From an uncultured Rivularia sp. (GTDB lineage: Bacteria > Cyanobacteriota > Cyanobacteriia > Cyanobacteriales > Nostocaceae), in NCBI GenBank assembly GCA_963665115.1, contig OY762007.1:6368001-6432000 (forward strand): 64,000 nt of DNA. Reading direction: 5' to 3'. Under the pieces are notes generated by a model. It was not told the origin of the DNA and searched no databases. It saw only the letters and a program-made list of their open reading frames with translations. This document shows positions 30,427 to 43,800 of this stretch, piece by piece. Made by a program: the position numbers and the translations under genes. Position 1 is the first letter of the stretch. Each line of letters begins with the position of its first letter.

Positions 30427-33086
30427 TAAAATTCAACTGATACTTTTCCGAAAACTGTGAAGGGAGCGCCGGGGATAACGCGCAAGTCGTTACGGGCACC
30501 TTGGTAAAAGTCTACGTCAAATAAGTTTTGGAAGTTTAATGATGCGGACAAGTTTCTGCGTCTGTAAAATAAGGAGGCATCTGTTCGCACGTAGCTGGGA
30601 AGACTGAAGCTATTGTTAAAGTCTCCTTGGCGTTCTCCGACGTAATATAGTCCTAAACCCAATCCCCAACCTCGCAGGTTTCCGGATTTGATTTGATAGG
30701 TAGTCCACAAGCTAGCCGCGTTTTCGGGGACGTTTCGCAAGGAGTTGCCTTCGGTGAAGACATCATCTTCGGAAATTATGGCATCTGTATAGGCATAACT
30801 GGCTATAATATTCCACTCGGGTGTAATTTCACCTGCTACGCTAACTTCTACTCCTTGGCTGCGCTGTTTTCCTGTTTGCTGGGAGCCTAAAGGACTGTTT
30901 GCTCCTTCTTCGATGACGTTTGTCCGTTCTAAATGAAATAGTGCGAGTGTTGTTGAAAGTTTATTGTCTAGTAAATCGGCTTTGACACCGATTTCAAACT
31001 GGGTACCTTTTTCTGGCTCGAATGGTTCCCCGGTAATCAAATCGTTGGTAACTGGATCTAGGCTTGTTTCTCGTCCAATCACGGGCTTAAATGACCGGGT
31101 ATAGCTACCATAAAAGGATATATTTTCTGCTGGTTTATAAACAACACCCGCACGAGGACTAAACGCTTCATCTGTACGGTCAAAACTTTGCCTTATGTCC
31201 AGACTGTCTTCATAAGTTTGGTCGGCTACGTCAATGCGTCCACCTAATACCACAATCCACTGCTTGGATAATGAAATTTGGTCTTGGAGATAAAAGCCGA
31301 TGGAATTTGTTTCTGTTCTGACATCTTCAAGAGGAATCGGAAAATCGTTGAGGCTTTCGGGTGAATATTCGGGATTAAAAATATCAATGGGACCAATTCC
31401 TCTGATATCGAGCGCGTCTTCAAATGTATCTCGCGATATTTCTACACCAAAGAGCAGTTCGTGTTTTATATTCCCCGTGGCAAATTTTCCAGATAAACTG
31501 GTGTTTAGATTCAAGCTGCTTAATTCATTGGGATTTTCTACGACAATCCGGTCTAAGGTACGATTATCACCTCTGAGTCCCCTTGGCAAAATAAAATTAC
31601 TTGTTGGAACATCTGCATTAGAAATTAATAACTCGTTGGCAAATGTCAAGTTATCGTTAAATTCATGTTTGAATCGATAGCCCCAACGAGTTGCTCTACT
31701 TTCATTTTCCGAAAGTGATGGTTCTCCTAAGTTGACACTCGAATCAATTTCACCTTCGGGACTATCTATTACTGTTCCCAATGCTGGTAGTTCTGGCGCA
31801 CTTCCATTAGTGTTGTATGTAAGATGCTCTAATTCTGCGATTAATTGTGTGCGATCGCTATTTATTAATTTGAGTACGGGAGATACAAAAAATGTACGTC
31901 TTTCTTCAAAGTCTCTAAAACTTTCTGACCACTGATAAGAACTTGTCAAACGATATGCAGGAGAATCGGTTCTGTTACCTAAAGGTCCGGTAATATCAAT
32001 TGACGGACGATACAAACCGAACTGACCGGCTTGAAAATCAAATTTATATGAAGGGTCATTCAATGGTACTTTTGTAATCACATTTACTGTACCACCCAAG
32101 TCACCTTGTCCAAATAGAACTGAAGCAGGTCCTTTAAGGATTTCAAATCTTTCTACATTGGTTACTTCTGAAAGAGTTCCTAAAGTTGTATCTCGCAAGC
32201 CATTTCTCAAAGTATTTTTACTTTCAAATCCGCGAATTACCGGGGTAAGGGCTGGAGCATCGGAAGCGACACGTCCTGTTGTTACTCCTGCACTGTTACG
32301 TAGCGCGTCTCCCAAGCTCGTAACCCCCTGCTCCTCAAATACTTGTTCGGGAATGGCTTGAATGGACTGGGGTACGTTAATTACGGGAGTATCGGTTCTC
32401 GTTCCTACGGAAGATTCTATGATTCGATATCTTGTGGGTGCGCTACCCGTAACTACTAATTCAATTACATCGTCTTCTGTTGGCTGTTGCGTTGCTTGAG
32501 TATTATTTTCTTGAGGGATGGAAGGTGGTTGTGGCGTTTGAGCATTATTTTCTGAAGGAGTTGTTTGAGCATTCGTACCTTCCACCGGCGAAATTCCCAG
32601 AATAAATTCTTGTCCTTGAGTTCTGGGTGCTGTCGCTTTTGGTGGCGCACTTTGTCCGGTAATCTCAACGCGAACACCGCTACCATCAATATTAGTTACT
32701 TTAACTGATGCAATTCCCGCGAGCGGATTAACTAATTCAAATCGATTACCTTTTGGCAATTCCAATACCGCATTCGGAATATCGGTAACAACTGCATTCC
32801 CAACAGTAGTAGTTTTTCCGGGTTTGAGCAACTGCGGGTTTGGCGTTTTGAGAACTACTTCTATACCCGCATCTGTTTCATAAAGTTCCACAGCAGTAAC
32901 TTTAATTTGACTATTGGGAGAAGTTGATTGAGCAAGTAAGGAAGATTCAATTACTGGATTAAGGGCTGTTTCTGTTTTTTCCTTTGCCCATGCTGGAGCA
33001 ACAGCAATTATACTAACGGTGCTTATCAGCCATACATTGATAAAAAATAACTGCTGCTTCATCACAATATCCTCAAAACGTGACAT
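30426..33086 (-). CDS. TonB-dependent siderophore-type receptor with N-terminal AMIN domain
   Basis: Signal peptide (..AVAPAWA), AMIN-like domain, TonB-box-like IELVVTG, plug motif NVERFEILKGPASVLFGQGDLGG, C-terminal NLFD...PGAPFTVFGKVSVEF. Confidence 0.92.
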   Translation of the reverse strand: MSRFEDIVMKQQLFFINVWLISTVSIIAVAPAWAKEKTETALNPVIESSLLAQSTSPNSQIKVTAVELYETDAGIEVVLKTPNPQLLKPGKTTTVGNAVVTDIPNAVLELPKGNRFELVNPLAGIASVKVTNIDGSGVRVEITGQSAPPKATAPRTQGQEFILGISPVEGTNAQTTPSENNAQTPQPPSIPQENNTQATQQPTEDDVIELVVTGSAPTRYRIIESSVGTRTDTPVINVPQSIQAIPEQVFEEQGVTSLGDALRNSAGVTTGRVASDAPALTPVIRGFESKNTLRNGLRDTTLGTLSEVTNVERFEILKGPASVLFGQGDLGGTVNVITKVPLNDPSYKFDFQAGQFGLYRPSIDITGPLGNRTDSPAYRLTSSYQWSESFRDFEERRTFFVSPVLKLINSDRTQLIAELEHLTYNTNGSAPELPALGTVIDSPEGEIDSSVNLGEPSLSENESRATRWGYRFKHEFNDNLTFANELLISNADVPTSNFILPRGLRGDNRTLDRIVVENPNELSSLNLNTSLSGKFATGNIKHELLFGVEISRDTFEDALDIRGIGPIDIFNPEYSPESLNDFPIPLEDVRTETNSIGFYLQDQISLSKQWIVVLGGRIDVADQTYEDSLDIRQSFDRTDEAFSPRAGVVYKPAENISFYGSYTRSFKPVIGRETSLDPVTNDLITGEPFEPEKGTQFEIGVKADLLDNKLSTTLALFHLERTNVIEEGANSPLGSQQTGKQRSQGVEVSVAGEITPEWNIIASYAYTDAIISEDDVFTEGNSLRNVPENAASLWTTYQIKSGNLRGWGLGLGLYYVGERQGDFNNSFSLPSYVRTDASLFYRRRNLSASLNFQNLFDVDFYQGARNDLRVIPGAPFTVFGKVSVEF

Positions 33087-33253
33087 TTTCTCTACAAAGT
33101 TTTCGGTTGATTTAACAAACTATATAAGGTAGTCGTTGATAAATTTCAGATTGTTAAGATGCACAAAAATCAGAATCACACAATGAATTTAGTCAAATAA
33201 TTTACCTGCATCGGCTAATTTCGATTAACCTTACACCCTAAGATAGATTAACT

Positions 33254-33420
33254 GGCGTTGCTGATTAAAAGTATGAATTGCCCCCTAGCCCCCAATTATG
33301 GGGGAACAAGATGATTAAAAGTCCCCCAGTACCCCCTTGCATTGGGGTCACGGGGGCAGGGGATTTAGGGGACATCACTATGAAGGAAAAAATAAATTCA
33401 TACCCAGATTCAGCAACGCC
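33254..33420. mobile_element. MITE (GGCGTTGCTGA terminal inverted repeats) with an 8-bp target duplication
   Basis: GGCGTTGCTGATT...ATTCAGCAACGCC flanked on both sides by GATTAACT. Confidence 0.88.
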
Positions 33421-33760
33421 GATTAACTATTGCCTGTTTTTAATACTTTAGTTATAAGCTTGCTTTGTCAAGCACCTTTGATAGCATCTGAATTTTTGTT
33501 ACACTCTGTAAATTAATATGGCTTTACTCCCTTTTGGGGACGATATTAAACAATTTTGGGAAAAATTGGTTCAAAAAGCTTATTAACAATAGTTGCATAA
33601 AAAGGCAGTTAGCAGATATATTTAGTTATACTAAACTAAGAAATTTTACAATCAGTGCCAAAAAAGTATTATTTGGTTGTTGCTTGAAGTGAATTTATTA
33701 TTTTCGTTATGAGACAAGCTAGTAATTTCAAAAACAGATATAAATAAAGATTGTATAATC

Positions 33761-33844
33761 TTTTACGCATTTTTACGAATAAAAGTTGTATTATAACGAT
33801 TCAACACAAAACTATATTAGTTAATTGAGAATATTTTTTATTAA
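33761..33844 (+). promoter_or_regulatory. Biosynthetic cluster promoter: 10-bp direct repeat, -10-like element and Fur-family-like box
   Basis: TTTTACGCAT TTTTACGAAT, then TATTAT, then TTAATTGAGAATATTTTTTATTAA about 40 bp before the 33884 ATG. Confidence 0.55.
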
Positions 33845-33883
33845 TCAGGAATCGAAATTTATCGATTTTTAAACATTTCACCT

Positions 33884-36800
33884 ATGTCTACAGATTTCCC
33901 GGCATTTTCTACAGTGGTTGATTTGATGCAGTACCGCTCGAATCATCAACCCAAACAACAAGGTTATATTTTTCTGGCAGATGGCGATCGCCAGGAAAAT
34001 TCGCTTAACTATAGAGAAACTTGATACAAAAGCGCGAGCAATTGCTGCTCATCTCCAGAGTTTAAATACGATTGGAGAGCGAGCATTATTATTGTATCCG
34101 CCGGGGTTAGAATTTATTGCCGCTTTTTTAGGATGTTTGTACGCGGGTGTTATAGCAGTTCCCGCTTATCCACCAAGGAAAGGGCAGAGTTTGCTCAGGG
34201 TGAAATCTATTGCAGCAGATTCAAGCGCAAAGATTGTATTGACGACTCAATCTTACGCTGATTTTATAGAATCCCAACAAACAGCAAATTTAGCAAATGT
34301 AAAATATGTCATAGCAACTGATAATTTACCCCAAGATTTAGCCGCAAATTGGCAAAAGCCTGCAATTAATGCCGACACTTTAGCTTTCTTACAATATACC
34401 TCTGGCTCTACTGGAAATCCCAAGGGTGTAATAGTGAGTCACGGTAAATTGCTGTATAACGAACAAATTATCAAGCAAGGATTTGGGCATACCCAGGATA
34501 CTACGGTTGTCGGTTGGTTGCCTTTTTATCATGATATGGGACTGATAGGGAATGTATTGCAACCACTGTATTTAGGAATTTGCTCTATTTTAATGCCACC
34601 TGTAACGTTTCTCCAGAAGCCTATACGTTGGTTACAAGCAATTTCTGATTATAAAGCAACTACTAGTGGCGCTCCCAATTTTGCCTACGAGATGTGTTTG
34701 CAAAAAATTACACCTGAGCAGCGAGCAAGTTTAGATTTGAGTTCTTGGGAAGTGGCTTTTTGTGGTGCAGAAACAATTCGTGTTGAGACTTTAGAGAGGT
34801 TTGCTGAAGTATTCGCTGAGTGTGGATTTCGGAAGGAAGCATTTTATCCTTGTTATGGTTTAGCTGAAGCAACATTATTTGTCAGTGGTGGTGAGAAAAC
34901 GGAAGACTATAAAGTATGTCATGTTGAATCCAAAGCTTTAGCAGAAAATCGGATTGAATTATCAACAGATAACCTAACCCCCCAACCTGGGGAGAATAAA
35001 GAAAAATTATCAGATACCGCAATAGTTAGTTGTGGTAGGGTTATAGCGCAAGAAGTTGTCATAGTTAACCCAGATGATTTGTTACCTTATTCTGAAAATC
35101 AAGTCGGAGAGATTTGGGTAAGGGGGGAAAGTATTGCTCAAGGTTATTGGGGAAAAATTAAAGAAACAGCAGAAGTTTTTAAAGGGAAGATAGCGGGTGT
35201 TGAGGAAAAATGCTATTTACGCACGGGGGATTTAGGATTTATCAGGGAAGGGGAATTGTATATAACTGGAAGAATTAAAGATACGATTATTATTCGAGGT
35301 TTAAATTATTACCCGCAGGATATTGAGTTGACGGTAGAACAAAGCCATCCTAGTTTACAACCGGGATGTGGTGCTGCTTTTGGTGTGGAAATTGCCGAAA
35401 GAGCGAAAGAAGAGGGGTTGGTGATAGTTCAGGAAGTTAAGCGAGAAGGTTGGCGGAGTGTTGATGTTGATAGTGCGATCGCATCGATTCGTGCGGCGGT
35501 TTCGCAGCATCATCAGCTACAGGTTTATGCAGTAGTTTTGCTGAAGCCGGGGAGTATTCCGAAGACGACGAGTGGTAAAATTCAAAGGTATGCTTGTCGT
35601 GCTGGTTTTGGAAATGGTAGTTTGAATGCAATTGGTGAGTGGCAGGTTGAAGAGAGCAGAGGGAGCGGAGGAAGCAGAGGAAGCAGAGGAGAAGGAAATG
35701 AGGAATCTAAAATTCGTGCGGATGAGTTGATTGTTTGGCTGAGGGAGTATGCGAGTAGTTATATTAATTCGCGTTTGATTGATGAGCGTCGCTGTATTCC
35801 TCCTCATATTGTTTTGGATTTTGGCAATCGGGGATTGTTGGGAATGCAGGTTCCTGGTGAATACGGTGGTTTGGGATTGGGAAATTATGACACGATGCGG
35901 GTGTTGCAGCAGTTGGGAGCGATTGACACTACTTTATCGCTGTTTGTGGGATTAAATAATATTTTAGGGATTCGTCCGATTTTGCGCTACGGTAGCAAGG
36001 CTTTGCAGGATGAATTATTGCCGATTTTGGCGACGGGAAGAGAATTAGCAGCTTTTGCAATTACTGAGCCTGGTGCTGGATCTAATCCTCAAGGGATAAC
36101 TTCTCAAGCAATTCCTGATAATGGTGGTTGGAGGTTAAGCGGTACAAAGATTTGGAGTGGATCTGCTGCTTGGGCTGGAGTTACGAATGTGTTTGTACGG
36201 CATCAAAATAATGATGGAAGCTGGCAGGGTATTAGCGGTTTCGCTGTGCGAAAAGGTACGGGATTGCGTCAGGGTAAAGAAGCTTTGACAATGGGAATGC
36301 GGGGGATGGTGCAAAATACCGTTTACCTGAATGATGTGGCTGTGAGTGCAGAGCAGATGTTGGGTGAACCTGGTGCTGGAATGCAGGTAGCGCAAGATGC
36401 AATGATGTATGGAAGATTGGCGATCGCCGCTGCGAGTGTGGGAGGAATGAAGCGCTGTACTCAATTAATGTTGCGTTATAGTTCTCGTCGTTCTATTTCG
36501 ACAGGAAAGTTATTAGAGAATCCTTTTGTACTCAAGCGCTTAAGTGAAATTACTGCTGCGATAACTGCTGTCGAAAATTTAGTTTCTCAAGTTGCTCGAC
36601 GATTAGATGCAGGAGAAACGATTCCCCCGGAGATATATACAGCTTGTAAAACTGCTGCTCCCGAATTTTATTGGCAAGCTGCTGATAGTTTAGTACAAGT
36701 ATTGGGTGGACGTGGTTATATTGAAACTAATATAGCGCCACAGATTTTACGAGATGCCAGAATTTTACGTATTTTTGAAGGACCTACAGAAACATTAAAT

Positions 36801-37883
36801 ATGTTTTTAGGTTCAAGAGCGATTCATGAAAGTGACAGTTTGGCAAGTTTTATTAGTGAAAGTTTTCAAGCTCCGGAAGTAGCTGAGAAGTTGCAAGCAG
36901 CAGCTCTTCAAATTTATGGGGAAACCTCACCCCGTCCTGACGGACACCCCTCTCCTTATCAAGGAGAGGGGAAAGCTTCACCCTCTCCTGATGGACACCC
37001 CTCTCCTTACCAAGGAGAGCAGTGCGTTGCGGAGGTTCCCTCCGTTGAAGCAACTGCGGAAGAGGGGATGGGGGTGAGGTTATCTGCGAGTCGTTATGCT
37101 GCGATACTTACAGGTGAAATAACAACTTTTGCGATTCTTTGGGCTGCGTTACATCATACCCAAATAGATTCACCTTCCGAGTCAATTACTAGCGCTATAG
37201 AATGGGTAAAATTTCATTTTGAAGAAAAACTCAGACAAGCTCTATTAAATTCCCAACCTAAAGTTTTATCTTCCGAAGAAAATACCGAATTAATATCTGG
37301 TTACATTGATAGTATCGGCGATATAGAACAAACCCTACCGGGAGAAGATTGGGAATTAGACGAATATTTGAAAAAACAACCTGGGGAGACGTTATATATA
37401 ACGTCTCTACATAACTCCTCAGATCCCTCTACCCCCTCTACCCCCTCTACCCCCTCCACCCCCTCTACCCCCTCTACCCCCTCTACCTCCTCCGCTCCAA
37501 AATCTTCCTCAATCCAAACCTGGCTAATCGACTGGTTGAGTCAGAAATTAAAATTACTTGAAAACAGCATAGATATAAATAAATCTTTTGCTGACTATGG
37601 GATTGATTCAGTGATTGCTGTGGAATTGGCTCAGGATTTACAGGAATGGTTGAATTATCCCCGTGCTATTGAACCCACTATTGCCTGGAATTTTCCTACA
37701 ATTGAATCATTGAGTAATTATCTGGCTCAAACTTTAATCCAAGAAACTTCACTCGATAATCAACCCGAGGAAATTGAACTCCCGTCAGAAAATTCATCAG
37801 ATTTAGAGTCAATGTCTGATGTGGAATTAGCGGAGTTACTCGCAGCAGAAATTAATGCAGTTAAGGGGAGGGGAAGCGAATGA
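33884..37883 (+). CDS. Fatty acyl-AMP ligase - acyl-CoA dehydrogenase - ACP tridomain loading enzyme; +1 frameshift at A-run 34017-34019
   Basis: True start MSTDFPAFSTVVDLMQYRS...GYIFLADGD. Motifs FLQYTSGSTGNPKG, WLPFYHDMGLIG, YLRTGDLG, IPKTTSGKIQR; ACAD AITEPGAGS, GTKIWSG, IFEGPTE; ACP YGIDSV. Confidence 0.9.
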
Positions 37884-40800
37884 GTCAGAATGATGCAAAA
37901 ATTGATTATCGTTCGCTGCTGCAAGACGCACTGACAGAAATGCGTTCTTTACGGGGTAAGTTAGAAGCGGAAAAACAAGCCAAAACCGAACCAATTGCAA
38001 TTATTGGAATGGATTGTCGGTTTCCCGGTGGTGCAAATTCTCCGGAAGCTTATTGGAAATTATTACGAGAGGGAATTGATGCAATTAGTGAAGTTCCGAG
38101 GGAACGTTGGTTAATTGATGACTATTACGATTCCGATCCAGATGTTCCGGGGAAAATGTATACTCGTTACGGTGGATTTATTGATAATGTAGATAAATTT
38201 GACCCGCAATTTTTCGGTATATCTCCTCGGGAAGCAACACAAATGGACCCCCAACAGCGTTTGTTGTTGGAAGTTAGTTATACAGCTTTAGAGCGCTCCG
38301 GTCAAAGCGTTCAAGAATTAAATGGCAGTCATACAGGGGTTTTTGTTGGCATCAGCTTCGATGATTATGCTAAATTCAGCCTTAATTCTGGTGACGTTAA
38401 TCGTATTGATGCCTACAGTAGTTTAGGTAATACCCGCAGTATCGCCGTAGGACGTTTATCTTATGCATTAGGTTTACAAGGCCCGACAATGCAGTTAGAT
38501 ACAACCTGCTCCTCTTCTTTACTAGCGACTCATTTAGCTTGTCAGAGTCTGCGTAGTGGTGAATCCAATTTAGCCTTAGCTGGTGGAGTCAGTTTAATGC
38601 TTTCCCCAGAAGCAACTATTGGTTTTTGTAAATTGAAAGCATTAGCACCAGACGGACGTTGTAAAACCTTTGATGCGAATGCTAATGGTTATGTGAGGGG
38701 AGAAGGATGCGGGATTATTGTACTCAAACGACTTTCCGATGCAATAAGTAATAAAGATAATATTCTTGCTGTAATTAAAGGTTCAGCAGTTAACCACGAC
38801 GGACAAAGCAATGGTTTAACCGCTCCCAACGGTTCAGCACAAGAAAATGTAATTCGACAAGCTATAAAAAACGCTCAAGTCAAACCACTACAAATCCAAT
38901 ATGTAGAAACCCACGGAACGGGTACAAGTTTAGGAGATCCAATCGAAACCCTAGCGCTAGGGAAAATACTCGGTGAAGGTAGAAGCGAAGATAACCCCCT
39001 GACAATTGGTTCCGTCAAAACCAACATCGGACATTTAGAAGCAGCAGCGGGAGTTGCGAGCATAATTAAAGTAACCCTAGCGCTAGGGAATAAACAAATT
39101 CCTCCCCATTTACATTTTCAGAAACCGAATCCTCATATACCTTGGTCAAGACTACCGATTAACGTTCCTACCGAACTTACACCTTGGAATGTTGGTAGTG
39201 AAGAAAAGCGTTTAGCTGGGATTAGTTCCTTCGGGATGAGCGGTACGAATGCTCATGTGGTAATTGAAGATGTAGAGACGTTATACATAACGTCTCCCCA
39301 GCAATCAGAACACACCACCGAACGTCCTCTGCATTTACTGACATTATCGGCGAAGACAGAGCAAGCGTTATCGGAACTTGTAACGAATTACCAAGAATAC
39401 TTGACAAATAATAGTGATGTGAATTTTGCGGATATTTGTTTTAGTGCAAATATAGGGCGATCGCACTTTCAACATCGCTTGAGTATCGTTGCTGAATCTA
39501 CATTTGAAGCAATAGAAGAATTATCAAATTACCAAGAAACCTCACCCCGCGCTTACGCGCACCCCTCTCCTTATCAAGGAGAGGGGAAAATCTCAACCGG
39601 CTTTGAACACCCCTCTCCTTACCAAGGAGAGGGGATGGGGGTGAGGTTATTTCAAGGTGTAACATCTACAAATAAACGTCCTAAAATCGCTTTTCTATTT
39701 ACCGGGGAAGCTAGTCAATATATAAATATGGGTTGGGAATTATATCAAACTCAACCAACTTTTAAACAAGCTTTAAATGAATGCAACAAAATACTAAAAT
39801 CATTATTTAATCTAGATTTATTAACTCTTATTTATTCCTCAAAGGGAACGGGGAATGGGGAACAGGAAATAGGGAATCATTCTAACCCAATGCCCAAAAC
39901 CGCAATATTCGCCATACAATACGCTCTATATAAATTATGGAAATCTTGGGGTGTTAATCCTTCGGTATTAATTGGAGATGGGGTTGGGGAATATGTTGCT
40001 GCTACGGTTGCGGGAGTTTTCTGTTTAGAAGATGCATTAAACTTAGTTGTAAATCTTGCTAAGACTGAATTTGATAAAGTAGCAAATTCAATCAAATACT
40101 CTTCACCACAAATTGAGATAATTTCTGGTATTAACGGTAAATTAATTAATTCAGAAATTACAAATTCACAATATTGGTGTAGCAAGATTTCCTTGGCAGC
40201 AAGCTTTGAAAAAATTATTGATAAACTCAAAGAAATTAATTGTGATATTTGTTTAGAAATAGCATTAGAATCCGCAAATTTATTATCAAATGAAATATTA
40301 TTTTTACCAAGTTTCGGAGAAGAAAGTAATAATCATCAAGATTGGCAAGTAATGCTTTCAAGTTTGGCTCAGATGTATGTCAATGGAGTTAATATTAATT
40401 GGCGTGGTTTTGAGCAAGATTATTCTCGAAATTGTGTTTTATTACCAACTTATCCGTTTCAACGTCAGCGCTATTGGATTGAAGCTCCCAATGTTAAAAA
40501 CTTTCACAACATAAATTCGGAAAGTCTACATCCATTATTAGGACAAAGAATTGATATTGCAAATTTAGAAACGATTCATTTTGAAAATCTAATAAATCAA
40601 GATAATCCTGCTTATTTACAACATCATCAAGTATTTGATACGGTAATTATGCCGTTTTCGGGTTTTGTGGAAATGGTATTAGCTGCTGCTAGTAATCTGT
40701 ATGAAACAAAAGCTGAAATAAAAAATCTGTTATTAACTGATGTAGAAATTCATCAAGCTTTGATTTTAGAAAAAAGTTCTACAACAGTACAATTAATTCT

Positions 40801-43800
40801 CACTCCTATCTCTACATCTACAAATAAAGAATATAAATTTGAAATTTTTAGTTTAGCCGTAGGTTGGGTTGAAAGAAGTGAAACCCAACAATCAAGAAGG
40901 TACGAAACACAAAATCAAACTTGGATATTACACACGAGTGGTAAAGTTAATCAAGAGGCAGAGCCTCAACAACCTCGTTACCAGGCTGAGCCTAGTAACG
41001 AGAAATTTACTCACGAAATTGACGTAGATAATTTTTATCAAAGCTGTCAAGAACAGGGAATTAATTATGGTAAAAGTTTTAACGCAATTAATCAACTTTG
41101 GAATGATGAAAAAATTGCTTTAGGGAAAGTTTGTTTATCTCAAGAATTTATTAGTTCTACAGCTTATCAATTACATCCAATACTTTTAGATGCGAGTTTA
41201 CAAGTTGTAGGTTCTGTTTTAGCAGATAATCAAACCTATTTACCGATTGGAATCAAAAGTTTTACTTTTTCTGGAACTACAAGTAATATTCTCTGGAGTT
41301 ATGTAGAACTTGATAAAAATCAAAATCATAATAATAATTCATCTGTGATGATGGCAGATGTCAAAATTGTGGAACCAGATGGACGTTTGGTTGCTCAAGT
41401 TGAAGGTTTAAAATTAAAATCAGTTGATTCTCAATTTGTTTTCAATCAGATAAATAAAAAGCAGTCTTTTGAAGATTGGCTTTATAAAATAGAATGGCGA
41501 GAACAAGCTATTATTCCGAATTCATATAGTTCGTCGGATTATTTATTATCTCCTCAATTAATTTACGAACAGCTTATTCCTGCTTTACCTAAGTTGGTTG
41601 ATAAACCAGAAATTGAAATTTATCGGCAATTATTACCGAAGCTCGAAAGTTTGAGTATTGCTTATGTTTTAAAAGCTTTTAATGATTTGGGTTGGAAATT
41701 TATTGTCGATGAAAGTTTTTCTACGGTAGAAGTTGTTGAAAAGTTAAAAATTGTATCTCAACACAAGCGTTTGTTGGAGCGTTTGTTGGAAATGTTGGTG
41801 GAAGTTGGTGTATTGAAGAAGGAAGAAGATTTAATAAACCGCAGAGGCGCGGAGGGCGCAGAGGAAGAGGTTGTAGAGGAGTGGAGGGTTGTTGGTGAGA
41901 GGATATGTGATGCTGATGATGAATATCAACAATTATTAGAGAAATATTCTGTTAGTAAGAGCGAATTAAGTTTACTGCATCGTTGTGGTTTGAGTTTGGC
42001 TTCGGTGTTACGGGGTGAAGTTGATGGGGTACAGTTGCTGTTTCCGGAGGGGGATTTATCTACAGCAACGAATCTCTATCAAGATTCTCCTGGTGCGAAG
42101 TTGATGAATAGTTTGGTAGAGCAAGTTGTTAGTACGTCAATTGCTCAAAAGTCTAGCGCTAGGGTTTTACGGATTTTGGAAATTGGTGCGGGTACTGGGG
42201 GAACGACTGCATATTTATTACCATCGCTCGATGCTTCTAGTACTGAATATACTTTTAGCGATGTTTCTCCACTGTTTACAACTAAAGCACGGGAGAGGTT
42301 TGGGGAATATGATTTTGTTAATTATGAGTTGTTAGATATTGAGCAGACGGTTGGTGATGAGTTAAAAAATTCCTTTGATATTATTATTGCTGCTAATGTT
42401 TTACACGCGACTCAAGATATGCGGGAAACATTGGGTAATGTCAATGAATTACTTGCTCCTAATGGGTTATTGGTTTTATTAGAAGGAACTCGTCGTTTAC
42501 GTTGGGTTGATTTAATTTTTGGTTTAACTGAGGGTTGGTGGAGATTTACAGATACGGATTTGCGTGAAAATTATCCTTTGCTATCTGTTGGTAAGTGGGA
42601 GGAAGTTTTACTTCATGGTGGATTTGAGGAAGTTTTACCCATAGCTCCTGAGTTGGATGAAGAGGATTTGTTTAGTCAGCAAGCTGTGATTGTTTCAAGG
42701 AAAACCTCACCCCCAGCCCCTCTCCTTGTTAAGGAGAGGGGAGATTGGTTAATTTTTGGCGATCGCCGTTTTAATATTGGTAAGGAGTTAGCGCAACAGT
42801 TACAAAACCAAGGTGAAAGATGTATCTTGGTTTATTCGGGTACGGTGAAGGAACAACTCAACGAACAAGAATTCAGCATTAATCCAAGGAATTCCCAGAA
42901 TTTTAGTCAATTAATTGAAAATCTATCAAATTATCAATCATCTTTCAAAGGAGTTGTATATCTTTGGGGTTTGGATGCGACTCCTGTTGAAAATCTTAAT
43001 TCCGAAGTGCTGGAAGTTGATTTGGAAAACTATTGCGGTAGCGCTTTATATTTGATTCAAGCTTTGTTGAAAGTTAATATATCAAATACTCCTATATATT
43101 TAGTCACACAAAATTCTCAACCAATAGGAAACAATACAATATCTGGATTCTCCCAATCTTTGTTATGGGGTATTGGTAAAGTAGCAGCGCTCGAAACTGA
43201 TTTTAATTATAAAAATATAGATTTAGATGCACAAACAAATCTAACAGCACAGATACAAACTTTATTAACTGAATTACTATGGTCAGACGAGGAAACACAA
43301 GTTGCTTTCAGAGGTGACAAACGTTATGTTGCTAGATTGGCAAGATATCAAAATTTAGTTCAAAAGCAACCGTTACAATTAACAATTTCCGAACGAGGAA
43401 CTTTAGAAAACCTGGAATTTCAACCCTTAGTTAGAAAGAAACCAGCAGATAATGAAGTTGAAATTCATGTCAAAGCAACAGGAGTTAATTTCCGAGATAT
43501 TTTAAATACTTTGGGATTATATCCGGGGGATGCTGGTGCTTTAGGATGTGAATGTGTAGGTGAAATAGTAGCGCTAGGGAATCAAGTCGAAAATTTAAAG
43601 GTTGGGGATACTGTTATAGCGATTGCTTCAGGAAGTTTCAGCGAGTATGTCACTGTCAATGCTGCAATGGTAGTTGTTAAACCAGAAAAACTTACTATTG
43701 AAGAAACTGCCACAATTGGGGTGACTTTCCTAACTGCACATTATGGTTTACATCATCTTGCGAAAATTTCCCCTGGTGACAAAGTACTGATACATTCCGG

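Noticed and set aside
33981..34019. ORF-track start MAIARKIRL for the FAAL gene
   Set aside because: Artefact of the frameshift; the FAAL-like N-terminus starts at ATG 33884.
36923..37081. In-frame insertions as inteins or introns
   Set aside because: Too short, no intein terminal residues or splice structures, and they match repeat families found elsewhere in the window.
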